Positions 13,809-29,890 of a DNA stretch of 64,000 nt are shown piece by piece. The stretch is from Tubulanus polymorphus (Eukaryota; Animalia; Nemertea). The stretch covers positions 5,374,778 through 5,438,777 of the forward strand of contig NC_134030.1 in the NCBI RefSeq assembly GCF_964204645.1, in the 5' to 3' direction. The stretch's first letter is position 1; each line of letters begins with the position of its first letter. Below the pieces are notes generated by a model that was not told the origin of the DNA, did no database searches, and saw only the letters and a program-made list of their open reading frames with translations. Both the position numbers and the translations under genes were made by a program.

Positions 13809-15849
13809 ACCGATATTTTATTTCTCTTCGTTCGTAAAAACCGGGAAAACTTATCCGAGAAGCTGGCGATGTTTGCGCCGCGCGATGGCTATATGTTCGT
13901 ATTATTGGCTCGGGTGCGGTTTATTTCGAAATGAAACTGTCGTCGCATATCACACTGAGCTAAGCTATACTCGGAGAATACCTCAAAACGATGGCAGTTT
14001 TATTGCGCCTTAATTTATCGCTTCATGCGCAGCCATTTTCCGCAGTTACATGGCCTTTTATGGCAACCGATGCTTGATAATACACAATAAATAAGTAACG
14101 TATTATAGCTTTACATGTACAGCTGTTGTTTATTAGAGAACGGTTTTCTATGTGGGATATTATAATTATGTGCTGGTGCGTCCCTGACGAAGCATTGACA
14201 GCAGTTTGATCGGACAAAGGTCTTCAACTGATCGACCAATCACACTCGGTAAATGCAACGATCAATTCGACGATAAATACATTATCGACTGACTATCACG
14301 GGCAATGTCAATTCTGATCGGTTTATTATATCTGTCTAAAGGTGGTAAATCGAAATTCTTACATTATGTTTATTTTCGTCGAAACTGTAAAACCAAGCGC
14401 ATAATCGAAAAATAGTCGCTTTAGGTTTTGAGAATTGTAACGATTGTCGTCATTATGATGGACTGGGTTCGGTTCGAAACTATAGGAAAAAACCCGTTCT
14501 TTCTTACGTGATTGATAGCAGATTGAAAGCGTTTCAATGTATACATTTCGAATTATTTTTTTCGTCAGAATCCTCAAAAAGCGAATTCAGATTTTATAGT
14601 TTTAATAGGTGTTAGAATTATTGAACCCTTCTTCTAGGATTTGATAATATGATTTTAATGTCGCCTACGTGTGATAATGTTCTGTAAGCGAAAAAACTGC
14701 CGATTTTTACTTGCATTCGATATCATTGGTGGCGCTGGTGTGTATACGATGGCCTACAAGTTATCGGGTGCTAAATCATAATTCTTCCTTAATGGACATT
14801 CTAGAATACATTAGTATGCTTTTGTACATATACCCTGGAGCAATTAGTAGTATCACGAGACAGGGAAAATGTGCTTTAAAAAATGTATGTATACCAACTA
14901 CTTTTTGTCACAGAATAGATGCAGGTCATTCGGGACCGCGTGTCTTTTGAGTTTAAAGTTTTCATTTGATAGCGGCCTAATTAATCAAATATAACTCTGA
15001 AGATGATATAGACGTAATGATATAGATTATATCTGAAAATAGAAAGGCTGTATTCATTGGGTCAGTATGTCTTATTACGGAACGACCATTAGTTTTTCAT
15101 CTAATTGCAAACGAACATAATCACGAATGCACCTGGACAGATAATGGACATTTCTTTTAATGTTCCTCTGGACACGTAATTACCCGTAATGTTTTATGTT
15201 ATCGTCGTTCGACGACGAGACCACGCGGCCTTTCGCGATTTTTTTCTTCTTTCTGCAGGTCCGAGGACGGACGCTTCACATCAGTCACTTTGACAGACAT
15301 TTTTGCAAGTCTTGATGTTTCTAATTGCGCAAAGGCAGGTGCTAAACTGTGTCGCCTTATCATTTTTTTCTCACAGTGGGTTCTAGTACGTAGCCAGTGG
15401 AAGGAGTGCAGGTTGCTTTAAGAGACTTGGGAAAATGTCAGCCTTTGAAAAGTGGACTGGGTTTACAACGTCCGATAAAAAATGCGCTCGTAATTAGTTC
15501 AAACTATGTTTTTACAGTATCGTGAAATCTTTCGAAATCTTTCGTAGACAGGCATACTGCAGTCAGACTGATATTCATCTCAGATCTATACAGTTATCAA
15601 GTAAAACCTACAGTTGATATAATAAACTTCCTTGGTAACAACTACATTTCTAGATTACTGTAAATCGTCATTTCTATCATTTTGGTTTCTCTGATGCTGT
15701 TAGAAAATAAACTTTTTATATCAGCTCTGTGTGCTTTTACTTGTTAGGCACAAATCAGCCGGTATAATGTGTCAGCGAAGTTGTAACATTTCTATGTTTA
15801 CGAGTTTGAAATGGTTGATTCGTCGTCGAGGGCTCGACAGTCGCTCATC

Positions 15850-15968
15850 GCAAGTTGGTTAAAATTGACCCCTCGGATAAAAACCACAGTGAACATGTAG
15901 TTTTAATTGTAATTACGTCGACTATCCATACTGGTTAACTGTAAACTCTTGTGCAACTGGGCCCCAGA
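15850..15968. mobile_element. Probable MITE relic (right terminus only)
   Basis: Ends TGTGCAACTGGGCCCCAG, nearly identical to the right terminus at 37536-37552. The left boundary is uncertain. Confidence 0.5.
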
Positions 15969-17540
15969 TACCAATTCTTCTATACGCGTTAGAAGAGATT
16001 CATCTCTCATGAAATATTCATACGGTGTAAATCTCAATATCGTGTCCAGCGCCGGACAGTATCACATTAGCCGCGTTCATTCGACCCGCGCGTCGGTCAT
16101 TAGTCATTATACTTTTACGTAACAAACAAAATAAGCTTTTGTCACCGAGAGGAAGCCATCGTTATTCATATCCTATTCCAGCGCAATTTCTTGAGATTCA
16201 GAGGTGATCTGTTCGGCTGCCGCGACGAGCGTCGAGCGACTTAAAATTCTGATCGCCTGCACGGATGAGTAAAGCCAGAAACGGAGAGCCGCGCCGGGGC
16301 CCGATAAAAATCTATAAGACCTATAAAACTCAATGCGCCCGTCGACGACAGAATCATTCAGTCTTCCGGAATCGAGTAAAACAAGGAAATTATTCGCAGG
16401 AATGAAGGGCACCATATCGCATAGAAATGGCATATAATGAGCCTACGTTGCACGTTGACTTATTTCCGCAAGTCCAAAAACGATTTGAAAAAGGCAACTC
16501 GGACGTTCTGGTTCAGTTAATGAGCTTAATGAGGCTAGTCTCTAAAAAAAGTTTAGCGAACCGAAATAATCTGGATCAGCAACTGATAGGATATAAAGTA
16601 AATTCACCAATCGGTGATATATCTAATAATGAATGAATTATGTTTATCGAATAGGCGATCTTAGCTAAAATAGTGGGTTTAAACATCAGGGCGGTTCAGG
16701 GCGCTGCCCGACTGATGAGAATGCCGAAAGGGAGATGATGGCTTGTCGCGCGTCGAATCGCTGGGGACCGATAAAGATTACGAGACGTCTAACTTGACGA
16801 CCGTTAATCAGGCTACGTGAGATAAACACGATTACGTTTCACTGGTTAATATCAGTACTTTTTAAATTCTATCGCCAACGTTTGGCACTTTCGGAGAGAT
16901 GCATGAACTCCTTTACTTTCTCACGAACGCCTCCATTTTTATGTCAAATCAAATATACGCGCAATTCTGAATCAATCGCGACCCCGAAGCACAGAAAGTT
17001 AAAAATAGTTATTAAAGCCATGTATTTGCTCAGAATATCGCATTAATTAACGTAGCTTGAATGAGCGATTCCTGCGGCGATATTATTTGCTTAATGTCGA
17101 TTGACATTTGACAAAGTAAAATCGATATGAAACGAACTAAATGGTGGCCATTAGGATTAATCAGTGGGAGAAAATGACGACTGGGTTGAATTTCAAGTAA
17201 CACTACTCCGATTTAAATCTCTTTTGAATCGGTAAACGTTCGGAGTCTATATTTGATTGTGGCAATCGAGGATTCCGCTTATGGCAAGCGACGATCCGCC
17301 AGGTGCGCTTATGTGCTAATGTGGGACAACGAGGCCAGATTTTTCAGATGTAGTTACAATATTTCCACAATTTCTTATATTCTATGAATGATGAATGAAA
17401 ATCGTACTAATCTAGAACCCTTTCGGAGTTTATCAAGAGACATCATTTGCCTAAATCATGTGGGAATCTAAAAATCTAGAGATGAAAATTGCTTGATGAT
17501 AAACTTACTATTTTGATTATTGAGTTTTCCTATTGACACG

Positions 17541-17556
17541 CACGCCATCTAGTGGG
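17541..17556 (-). promoter_or_regulatory. CTCF-like core motif
   Basis: The minus strand reads CCCACTAGATGGCGTG, matching CCASYAGRKGGCR. Confidence 0.55.
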
Positions 17557-18158
17557 ATAACTGGTGGCACGGAGTCCTCATTGTATCATCGTGGAACGTT
17601 CTGATCACCATTCGAAACAAGGGCGTCATAGATTATAGAATGGTGAAGGTTCAAATTTGACATGTATTTGGGCTTTCGGGCCATTAGCGCTGCATATCAT
17701 GAATAAGATTGCTGAATTTTCAAATAACCATAACATGACCGACGAAATGAAAGTCAGGTCACTTGTGAATAAGTTAACACGATCGTCAACCTTTTCATTA
17801 TACATTAAACCATTTAACCCGGGGATTTTCGAGCGGATTAGCGTCTTAGCTGTACTCGGTGTTAGGTTCGGGTCAATTAGTACCCGGTGAAGGCAGGTTG
17901 CGTATTTTTCCCATTTCATCTTCAGAGATTACGTGATGAGAAACGGTTTTTTCGTTGATCGATTGATTATAACCGGGCCATTAATACTAGCAGCGGGCTT
18001 TATGGGCGATATTAATCGCGATTAGATCACCTTCATGTGTGGATAAGAAAATCTCGTTTCCTCACCACCTGCCATCAGCCAAAGAACACATCACTATTAC
18101 TGTGATACACGGCCATATCGATAAAAATAATGTTCCATCGACATCTGTATTACGTCGA

Positions 18159-18188
18159 CGCGCGCGCACACACACACACACACACACG
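18159..18188. repeat. (CG)n(CA)n microsatellite
   Basis: CGCGCGCGCACACACACACACACACAC. Confidence 0.9.
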
Positions 18189-19376
18189 ACCTTGACTCGT
18201 GTCTCGCGCCGCAGCGATACGGCATTTTTGTCGTAACCAAGCCGCGCGATGATGTCAGCGTTTCGACGAATACACTATTACACCGGTTTCGGTCGGCCCA
18301 GTAGACGTAATTGATGAAATTAAAAATTCCGGACGACGAATTACTTAAAAACACCCGAGGGATTCTGAATAGCTATTAGTAGTTGCGGATGGAAACTGGA
18401 CTTCATCGGGCGATATGCTATTAGAATAGCTCGGCAAAGGGTTAACTGGCAATAACTTTCTTGCGGCATTCCTCCGATGCGGACCACAAAATATGCAATT
18501 TACGAGCAATCAAATTGTCTTAGAACCCAATAAATAATGTGCATCATAGCGTCTGTGATGCGGTTATACTGATCCCAATGCAGAATGTAATTATATTGAC
18601 AAAAACGTACGCTGTCTGTCTGGTGTGGGACTAGCTCTCCACATGCGAATAGAAATGAATCCCACACCGCCCTCCCTTTAGGCCTACTTCTATTACGTTT
18701 TTATGTCGGCAACCCTCTGAATCTTGTGAGGCCCTCGAATAATAACAACAAAGATACGATATTTTTTACGGGAGGCAATGCGGATCGGCCGGACAAAAAC
18801 CTGAACACATGTTTAATGTGGAAATCCCATTACTTTTCTTATATTTATTTACACCGTCAGTTTTATCCGCGCCTCAGCGCGGATTATTATTCATTTTACT
18901 TGGCGAACAATTAATTAGCCGGCGTGAGCTATATAGTATATAGAACCTATATACTAGAGGGTTTTGATAAATAGCTAATGCATTGCACATCGGTCGGATG
19001 TGTTAGTATTGAGCTGCTTAAGGCGGCAACATCAAAGCGTCGGAGCCATTCGGCGGTATGTTTTCTGAATATTGGGTCATTAACAATAATATCTTCTAAA
19101 CGACCATTAGTCTGTTCAATATTCGAGCTCCGACCGTTTGTTGTGATGGCCGAACTGTATCGCTTTATAAGGACACCACAACAGTAGTTATAGCCGCGTA
19201 GTCGGTAGGAGTATATAATCGAATGGATGGTAATGTCGAGTGTAGGGCATAAAGAAATCGTATCAAACCCGGGTGAATGAATCGCGAGTTCTTTGTCAAT
19301 TTAATGGCCGTTAAAATGGGACGCCACATGCGCGTTGAGTGCCGTAATATTCGCGATGAATACGAAAAACGCTTCG

Positions 19377-19393
19377 GAGAGAGAGAGAGAGAG
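19377..19393. repeat. (GA)n microsatellite upstream of the Antp acceptor
   Basis: GAGAGAGAGAGAGAGAG. Confidence 0.9.
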
Positions 19394-19537
19394 GTTCCGC
19401 GTGAAATAGTAACGATCTACGACTTCGCGACGCGATGCAGCATTCTCTATACTCAAATGCGATTTAAAAACGTTAGTTTACGCGGCTCGATGATGCCAAT
19501 AAGACTGTTTAATAAGCTCATCTCGTCTCTTTTGCAG

Positions 19538-19685
19538 ATCACCAGAAGCCAACACCGTGGAGCGGTATTGTTCACGCGAGGCTTTGATGTTGTGCCGACG
19601 GCCGCCGTTGACTGCGCGTGCGCCATAACGTCGTTTGGTTTTAAGTACCACTATCGAGAGCCACAAATCACATGACGACAGAATT
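19538..19685 (+). other. Antp 5' UTR part of the first coding exon
   Basis: TCTCGTCTCTTTTGCAG acceptor ends at 19537, 148 nt upstream of the ATG. Confidence 0.65.
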
Positions 19686-20292
19686 ATGAGTACATACAGT
19701 TTTACGAATCCGTACAATATCGGGGCCACGCCGGGAAATCACATTGACCAATATTTGCCGAACAATGCTCTAAGCGCAAGCTACGCCCATCAGACGCGGG
19801 ACTACGGCCACTACGACACCGGAGGAGTGGGGTTCGACACCGCCAACTGCGTAACGTCTCGATACCAGCATCAACAGTACGATAGATTGGACCAGCACCA
19901 CCAGCATCTACGAACCGTAGTGAATAATGGTGCTCACCATCACGGTCACGGTCAGGGAGCCGGTGCCTCGCCTACAGATCATTTCTGCGGCCTGTCGGAC
20001 AGTAGTGGGAATAACCCGGTGGTTAATTACTCGAGATTGAATGGCGGCGGTGAATTCTCGTCTTCCCGAACGAGTGATTACACGAACAGTTGCGGTACGG
20101 GCGGTGGATCTGTGCAGGATTTTTCGTGCGGCAATCGGGCGGGAACGGTCACCGGCGATTCGGCCGGCGATTTTCGGATTTCGTCGCATTCACCGACCTC
20201 GACGACTGCCGCGAGTCAGCATAACTCAACAAATGGCTCACCGGCTCAGCTACCTCCACACGGCCTGTACCCGTGGATGAAAAGTTTACACG
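19686..20292 (+). CDS. Antp: Antennapedia-class Hox gene, coding exon 1 (N-terminus to hexapeptide)
   Basis: ATG at 19686 opens MSTYSFTNPY (compare Drosophila Antp MTSYFTNSY). A His/Gly/Ser-rich region follows, then LYPWMKSLH and a phase-1 donor G|GTAAGT at 20292/20293. Confidence 0.9.
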
Positions 20293-25040
<4,748 letters not shown>

Positions 25041-26730
25041 AACGGAAACGTTCTAGAGTAGAACTTTTCATGAAAGGTCGATACGTAGAATTTTGAATAT
25101 ATACTAAAAACATTGAATGAAAATTTAGACCATAACCCACATTTTTGAATTGGATTCTAAGAAAGTGGAATTTACTATTGAACTCAAATGCGGTATGATA
25201 ATGTAAGTATTTTCGATTTTTGTTCGTAAAGGAAACTAGGTCATATTCATTTCAAAAATGACTTAGGGATTCAATTTTTCGTTAGTTGATATGAATAATC
25301 ATGGAAAGAAATATTCTACCGGCCGATAACAGATCTCACGCGTGCAAGAATGTTGTATAGTTATTCCGTAATAATATATATTCATTGCACGACTTGTACA
25401 GCTCAATAAATAGTATAAAACGGAACACTAATATGAATATCTATATGAATGATCTATCAGTGAATCGAATAATTATTCTTAAGACTTTCCACTCAAAAAC
25501 GCGAATATCTTTTCAACTACTCGATGAAAAAATAAGCCTATGGAATATTCATTTAACCGATGATTATATCTCAAAATGAATGTATGGGATGATTAATTTT
25601 TTCATAAAGATAGTAATTAAGGTCATATCGTTGTACTGGGGAAAGCGCAATCTCTAGACAGCGTACGATTGTATTATCTTTAAATCGGTCGTTGGAATAC
25701 ATTGAGTCTACGAGAAATAATCGGAAACTGGATAAATATTTCCATTTTTTCAAAACTTTCGAAAAACTTGAAAATCTCAAACTTTCAATACATTTTCAAT
25801 GTATCCGACGTACGGTATTATGATCCAACGATTCCCAAATATCAACGAATCGTCTAAAAAGATATCGTAGAAATCAATCGAATTGATGAACATTATTATT
25901 CTACACATTCGTTCTGGGTGCATTTCTTAATGTAAATATATATATATAGAATTTACATTAGTTGATCTTTTTCTTGCAAAATACGGTTTATGGTGAAATA
26001 ATAATCAAGCTCACAGTCGGGGTACAAGGAAAAAAGAGTTGTGTATATTATTTTATTGAACTTTTAATTTATTACTTATTTTCATTTTATTACCACGTGT
26101 CGTTGCATATACATGTATATAAATAGTAAACGTGCACGAATGTAAAAAGTGAAACACGACGATGTGGCTTGTGTATTTATAGAATTCAGTCTGACCAACA
26201 TGACCGTCTCATTTTTAAATGTAAAAGATAACTAGTAATATATGTGAGTTAGACTTAGAGAATGATTATTGTATTGTTCCAAGGAAACTATTTTGTCTGT
26301 GACGTTGATATAGATACTCGATCCGTGTAGAATTTTATGCTAATCATTTCAAACTATAGGTAGGTCGATTATTATTTCCTTAGTATTTATTCTATGTAGG
26401 GCGGAGCCTTCTTTTTTATTCATGAATTTACAAAGGTCTTTTGTTAGGCTCGAAGCCGTCGGTGTTTTATGTCTTTTAGTTTCGGGCTTTTCCGCTAGTC
26501 GGCGGTAGCTTTGAAAGCCCCGGTTCGCTATAATACGAGTGGGAGATTTTTGCAGGGTAAATGAATAACACTATTTCTCTCTTATTTCACGGTGGCGTGT
26601 ATAACGTGTTATTATGTGAATACCACCGCATTAGAATATACATTATATAGACATATATGAATATATTTTGTAGAATATGCATTCGTAATTAGTCTCAACG
26701 TGAAATAAAAAATGTATACATGTCATGTGA
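25041..26730 (+). other. Probable Antp 3' UTR ending near AATAAA 26704-26709 (a proximal AATAAA is at 25405-25410)
   Basis: AT-rich with many TGTA motifs and Pumilio-type TGTAHATA at 25931 and 26114. The end is inferred from the poly(A) signal. Confidence 0.5.
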
Positions 26731-27915
26731 CTCAACTATTGGTCAATTCAATGTCTCCCGTCTGCTCAGTTGCTATGGAAACCAATCGGGGAATGTCACG
26801 TCAGTTTTGTCATGTTTGCAAAGACGTCTCAAACACAATGAGGGACCGTGAGTTCATACTTTTTATGATAACACAATTTTCAACACGTGAATCGGCCTAG
26901 ATAATGTATGTTGATTTTTATGACTTCTCTTTGACTTGTTTATGGCCGTTGCATTGAATAGGTACATATACTAAATGCAAGAGCGAATAATGCATGTGTC
27001 TAGGGTTGATCTACACCGCGTACCAAAAGGTACCCTGTTCGGCTTAGGTTTTTGTCCCTTTTGACATGTTTACGAGGTACTGTGTACATAATTCTACCAG
27101 CTGGTATATACCGCGTGCATCGGGGTTCCATTGTCTGTTTAGGCAAGGCTTCACCAAGCGATGCATTGAAAAAAAGAGGGTTAGTTGCATTTCACCGGAA
27201 AAATCAGACGGAGGTATTATGCTTACTTGCGCCGGTACGCGAGTTGATCTTTCGACTTCGTCCGTGGCGTTCTCGTGTTGTTAGCCAGCCGGTTTTCCAT
27301 TGGATTCGCGATTTATTTGATTACGCGTACGTATACATTAAATTATTCATAGCATCAATGCGACTAGGCTTAAACGACATTTGAGACGAAAAATATCTGC
27401 GTCGCTTTATGCGATAAGAATTGATGGTATCGGCGTTAACCTTGGGAAGGCAAATTGACATTCAGAACAGCTAATACGACTATATTTATGTATTCCTCGG
27501 TTTGCCGTGTTATCCCTCGCGTTCGAATTCGGAATCCCAGATCACGCGGCGTAATTCAAAAATGGAAAGTTCACCGGATCCGGAGAGAGTATCGCCGGTG
27601 ATTAATGCTCCCGTCATTCGCTCCGAGAATTGCGATTGCAAGTGGAACCGCGACGGAGGTCAGGGTCATCGGACGTGAGGTCATCGCGGACACCAGTTAT
27701 CCGTGGCGTGATAAATCGCGTTCGTGATTGAGCCGACATTTCCCGATCATTTCTGGACCCTCGACGAATGACATGATTACTTCTAGCGGTCTGTATAAGT
27801 AATCAGTGGTAGTGTATGAAATATTCGCCCCCGGATCAACAATACAGACACCATGGCGATGACCGATAAACAGATATCGAATAGATGCGGGTTGATTCGT
27901 ATGAGGAAATGGCGG

Positions 27916-27992
27916 GTTTCTACGTACCCTGTAGAACCGAGCTTGTGTTAAAAATAATAATTCACAAGCCATTCTACAGTGTACATTGAAAC
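27916..27992 (+). ncRNA. mir-10: miR-10-family microRNA precursor; predicted 5p mature UACCCUGUAGAACCGAGCUUGU (27925-27946)
   Basis: The 5p arm has the miR-10 seed ACCCUGU and differs from canonical miR-10 (UACCCUGUAGAUCCGAAUUUGU) at 3 non-seed positions. Fold-back pairs: GTTTC/GAAAC basal stem, GTAC/GTAC, CTGTAGAA/TTCTACAG and GCTTGTG/CACAAGC, with an AT-rich loop and UGUG at the apical junction. It is on the same strand as the Hox genes. The paralogue identity was not determined. Confidence 0.9.
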
Positions 27993-29785
27993 ATTTGCTA
28001 CTTACACCATCATGGCGCACAGATTCTGGTCGTAGGACTGCTGGACAGAAAATAAGAGCTATGAACTGGCAATTAATATTTTTCCGTTATACCCTTGACC
28101 AAATAACGAACATTTCCTTTCACTTAGAAAAATGTTTATTTCAGATCACGAACACGCTTAATAGAAATATATGCAGGTTTTACAGCATAAATCAGCCAAA
28201 ATGTGGAAGCGGTCTCATTACGTATTCGCATACGTGGCGAACCAGTCAGCCACGTATGCTGTCTGGCTGCCTACACACAACATCATACAAAAATACCTTT
28301 TCATACAAAATTCATGATTCTGGTTACTACACGTAGAGAAATCAAGAATTCAGTTTCCCCTACCACACACGTCTTTAAAGACCTTTGTTTAGAATTTGCC
28401 CCGTTTGAGGCCACAATGGCGTCTTTGTGATGATCAATAGAGCCGTCGCGATAGATGTCAAGGCGTTTTGAATGTTAATGCAATGGAAGCCTTCTCATGA
28501 ATTATTGACGAGTAGGAGGTGCTTGTCTTTCTCGAATATCGCACACACTGCATTCGCAACACTCTTCCATCCTAAAACAAGTATAAATTCGTATATGAAA
28601 ATATGCTTTTTGTCACAAGGTTACGTTAATTAATATCTGCCTTTAATGGCCAAAAACTGGAGAGTTCGTGGAGAGTTTGGAAATGAGGATTCGTCAACAG
28701 CCAGTGGTTAACGTTTGTAAGAAGTAAGAGAGCAACAAAAGCCCAAACGAAAACAACCAACTACGTATACCTTTTAGACAATATAATAAGCGTATAGCTG
28801 TGGTTTGAGAATGCGAGCAAATCATTTCATTTTGTCAAATTGTGTTGTTTTCAAAACAGATACTCTAATCACATTCGAAAAGGTGCTCTCTATTTCCCGG
28901 TGTAGCGCAACTAAAGTATAAACCCATGCACAAGAATCTATTCCGAGAGCTTAAGATACCAAGCTGAAGCAAGACGACGTATGCATGTACAAACAATAAG
29001 ACATAGGCGCCTATAGATAATCGACACTGATTTCTCCACATCGCGAATTTAAAAATGGGTCACAATCGTTTTCATGGGGCACAAACTTACGCGTTGAATG
29101 TAGGCGAATCCTTGATTTATTATATTTATTGAGGCTAGGCATTTTTATTGCGAGCGGTGGCCTTTGATGTTTGTTCACCCTATCAGTCTGCGGTTAAACA
29201 ACAAACGATTCATCTGTCCACTGGTTCTGATACACGCCGACCGAACCCTACATACACAAGTATTTTTTTCGTCGACAAATCGGTTGAAAATATAAAGTAA
29301 CTGCACCGGGAAACCTCGGACGCTTCTTTCAAGGGTCGCAGTACGACGTCCAAGGCCGGTGGAGCTTATTTTTAGCTTCCGTCGTTCCCAGAATGCCCTC
29401 GTTGATTACCGTGAACCGATATTGTTTCGAGAATCAAACGCTAATTTACCGAGAAATCTACAGAGCAAAGCGACACGGCGTTCATCATTGTGTTCAAACA
29501 AAATTAATCATTTCATTAATATTGTTGAGTGCGGCGCCCTCCAAGTACAACGTTTACCGTTTATTTTCACGCTCGGCGTCTTTGATGCTCAAGAAAATCC
29601 ATAAACAATTTTTTGATTTTCAAGTGCAAAAGAAATACACATTTTGCAAAAATGGACGAAATGTTGAACCCCACGATTTACCTGATTATCATAACCTATT
29701 GATAAAACACTCGGTGTTGTAACGAGTATGCGAAATCCCACAATAGTCATCTTTGTGAATCCTCGACGAGGGTCAGAGAATAAGT

Positions 29786-29890
29786 GTCGGTTTTATAGGC
29801 TAGTATCAACTTTGAGCCAGGGGTTAACTCATTTGAAAATGAATTGAGTTAGCCCCAAGGTTAAAGATAAGTCTATAAAACCGGCCCCTG
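29786..29890. mobile_element. Palindromic MITE-like element
   Basis: Nested inverted arms CGGTTTTATAGG/TCTATAAAACCG and GGGGTTAACTCA/TGAGTTAGCCCC; ends in GGCCCCTG like the other elements. Confidence 0.75.

Noticed and set aside
14997-15040. CTGAAGAT-GATATA…TATATC-TGAAA hammerhead-like pattern
   Set aside because: No stem III or cleavage triplet, and the pairing is low-complexity AT; at best a dead relic.
16700-16735. CTGATGAG...CGAAA hammerhead-like core
   Set aside because: Stem II is 1 bp and no stem III forms.
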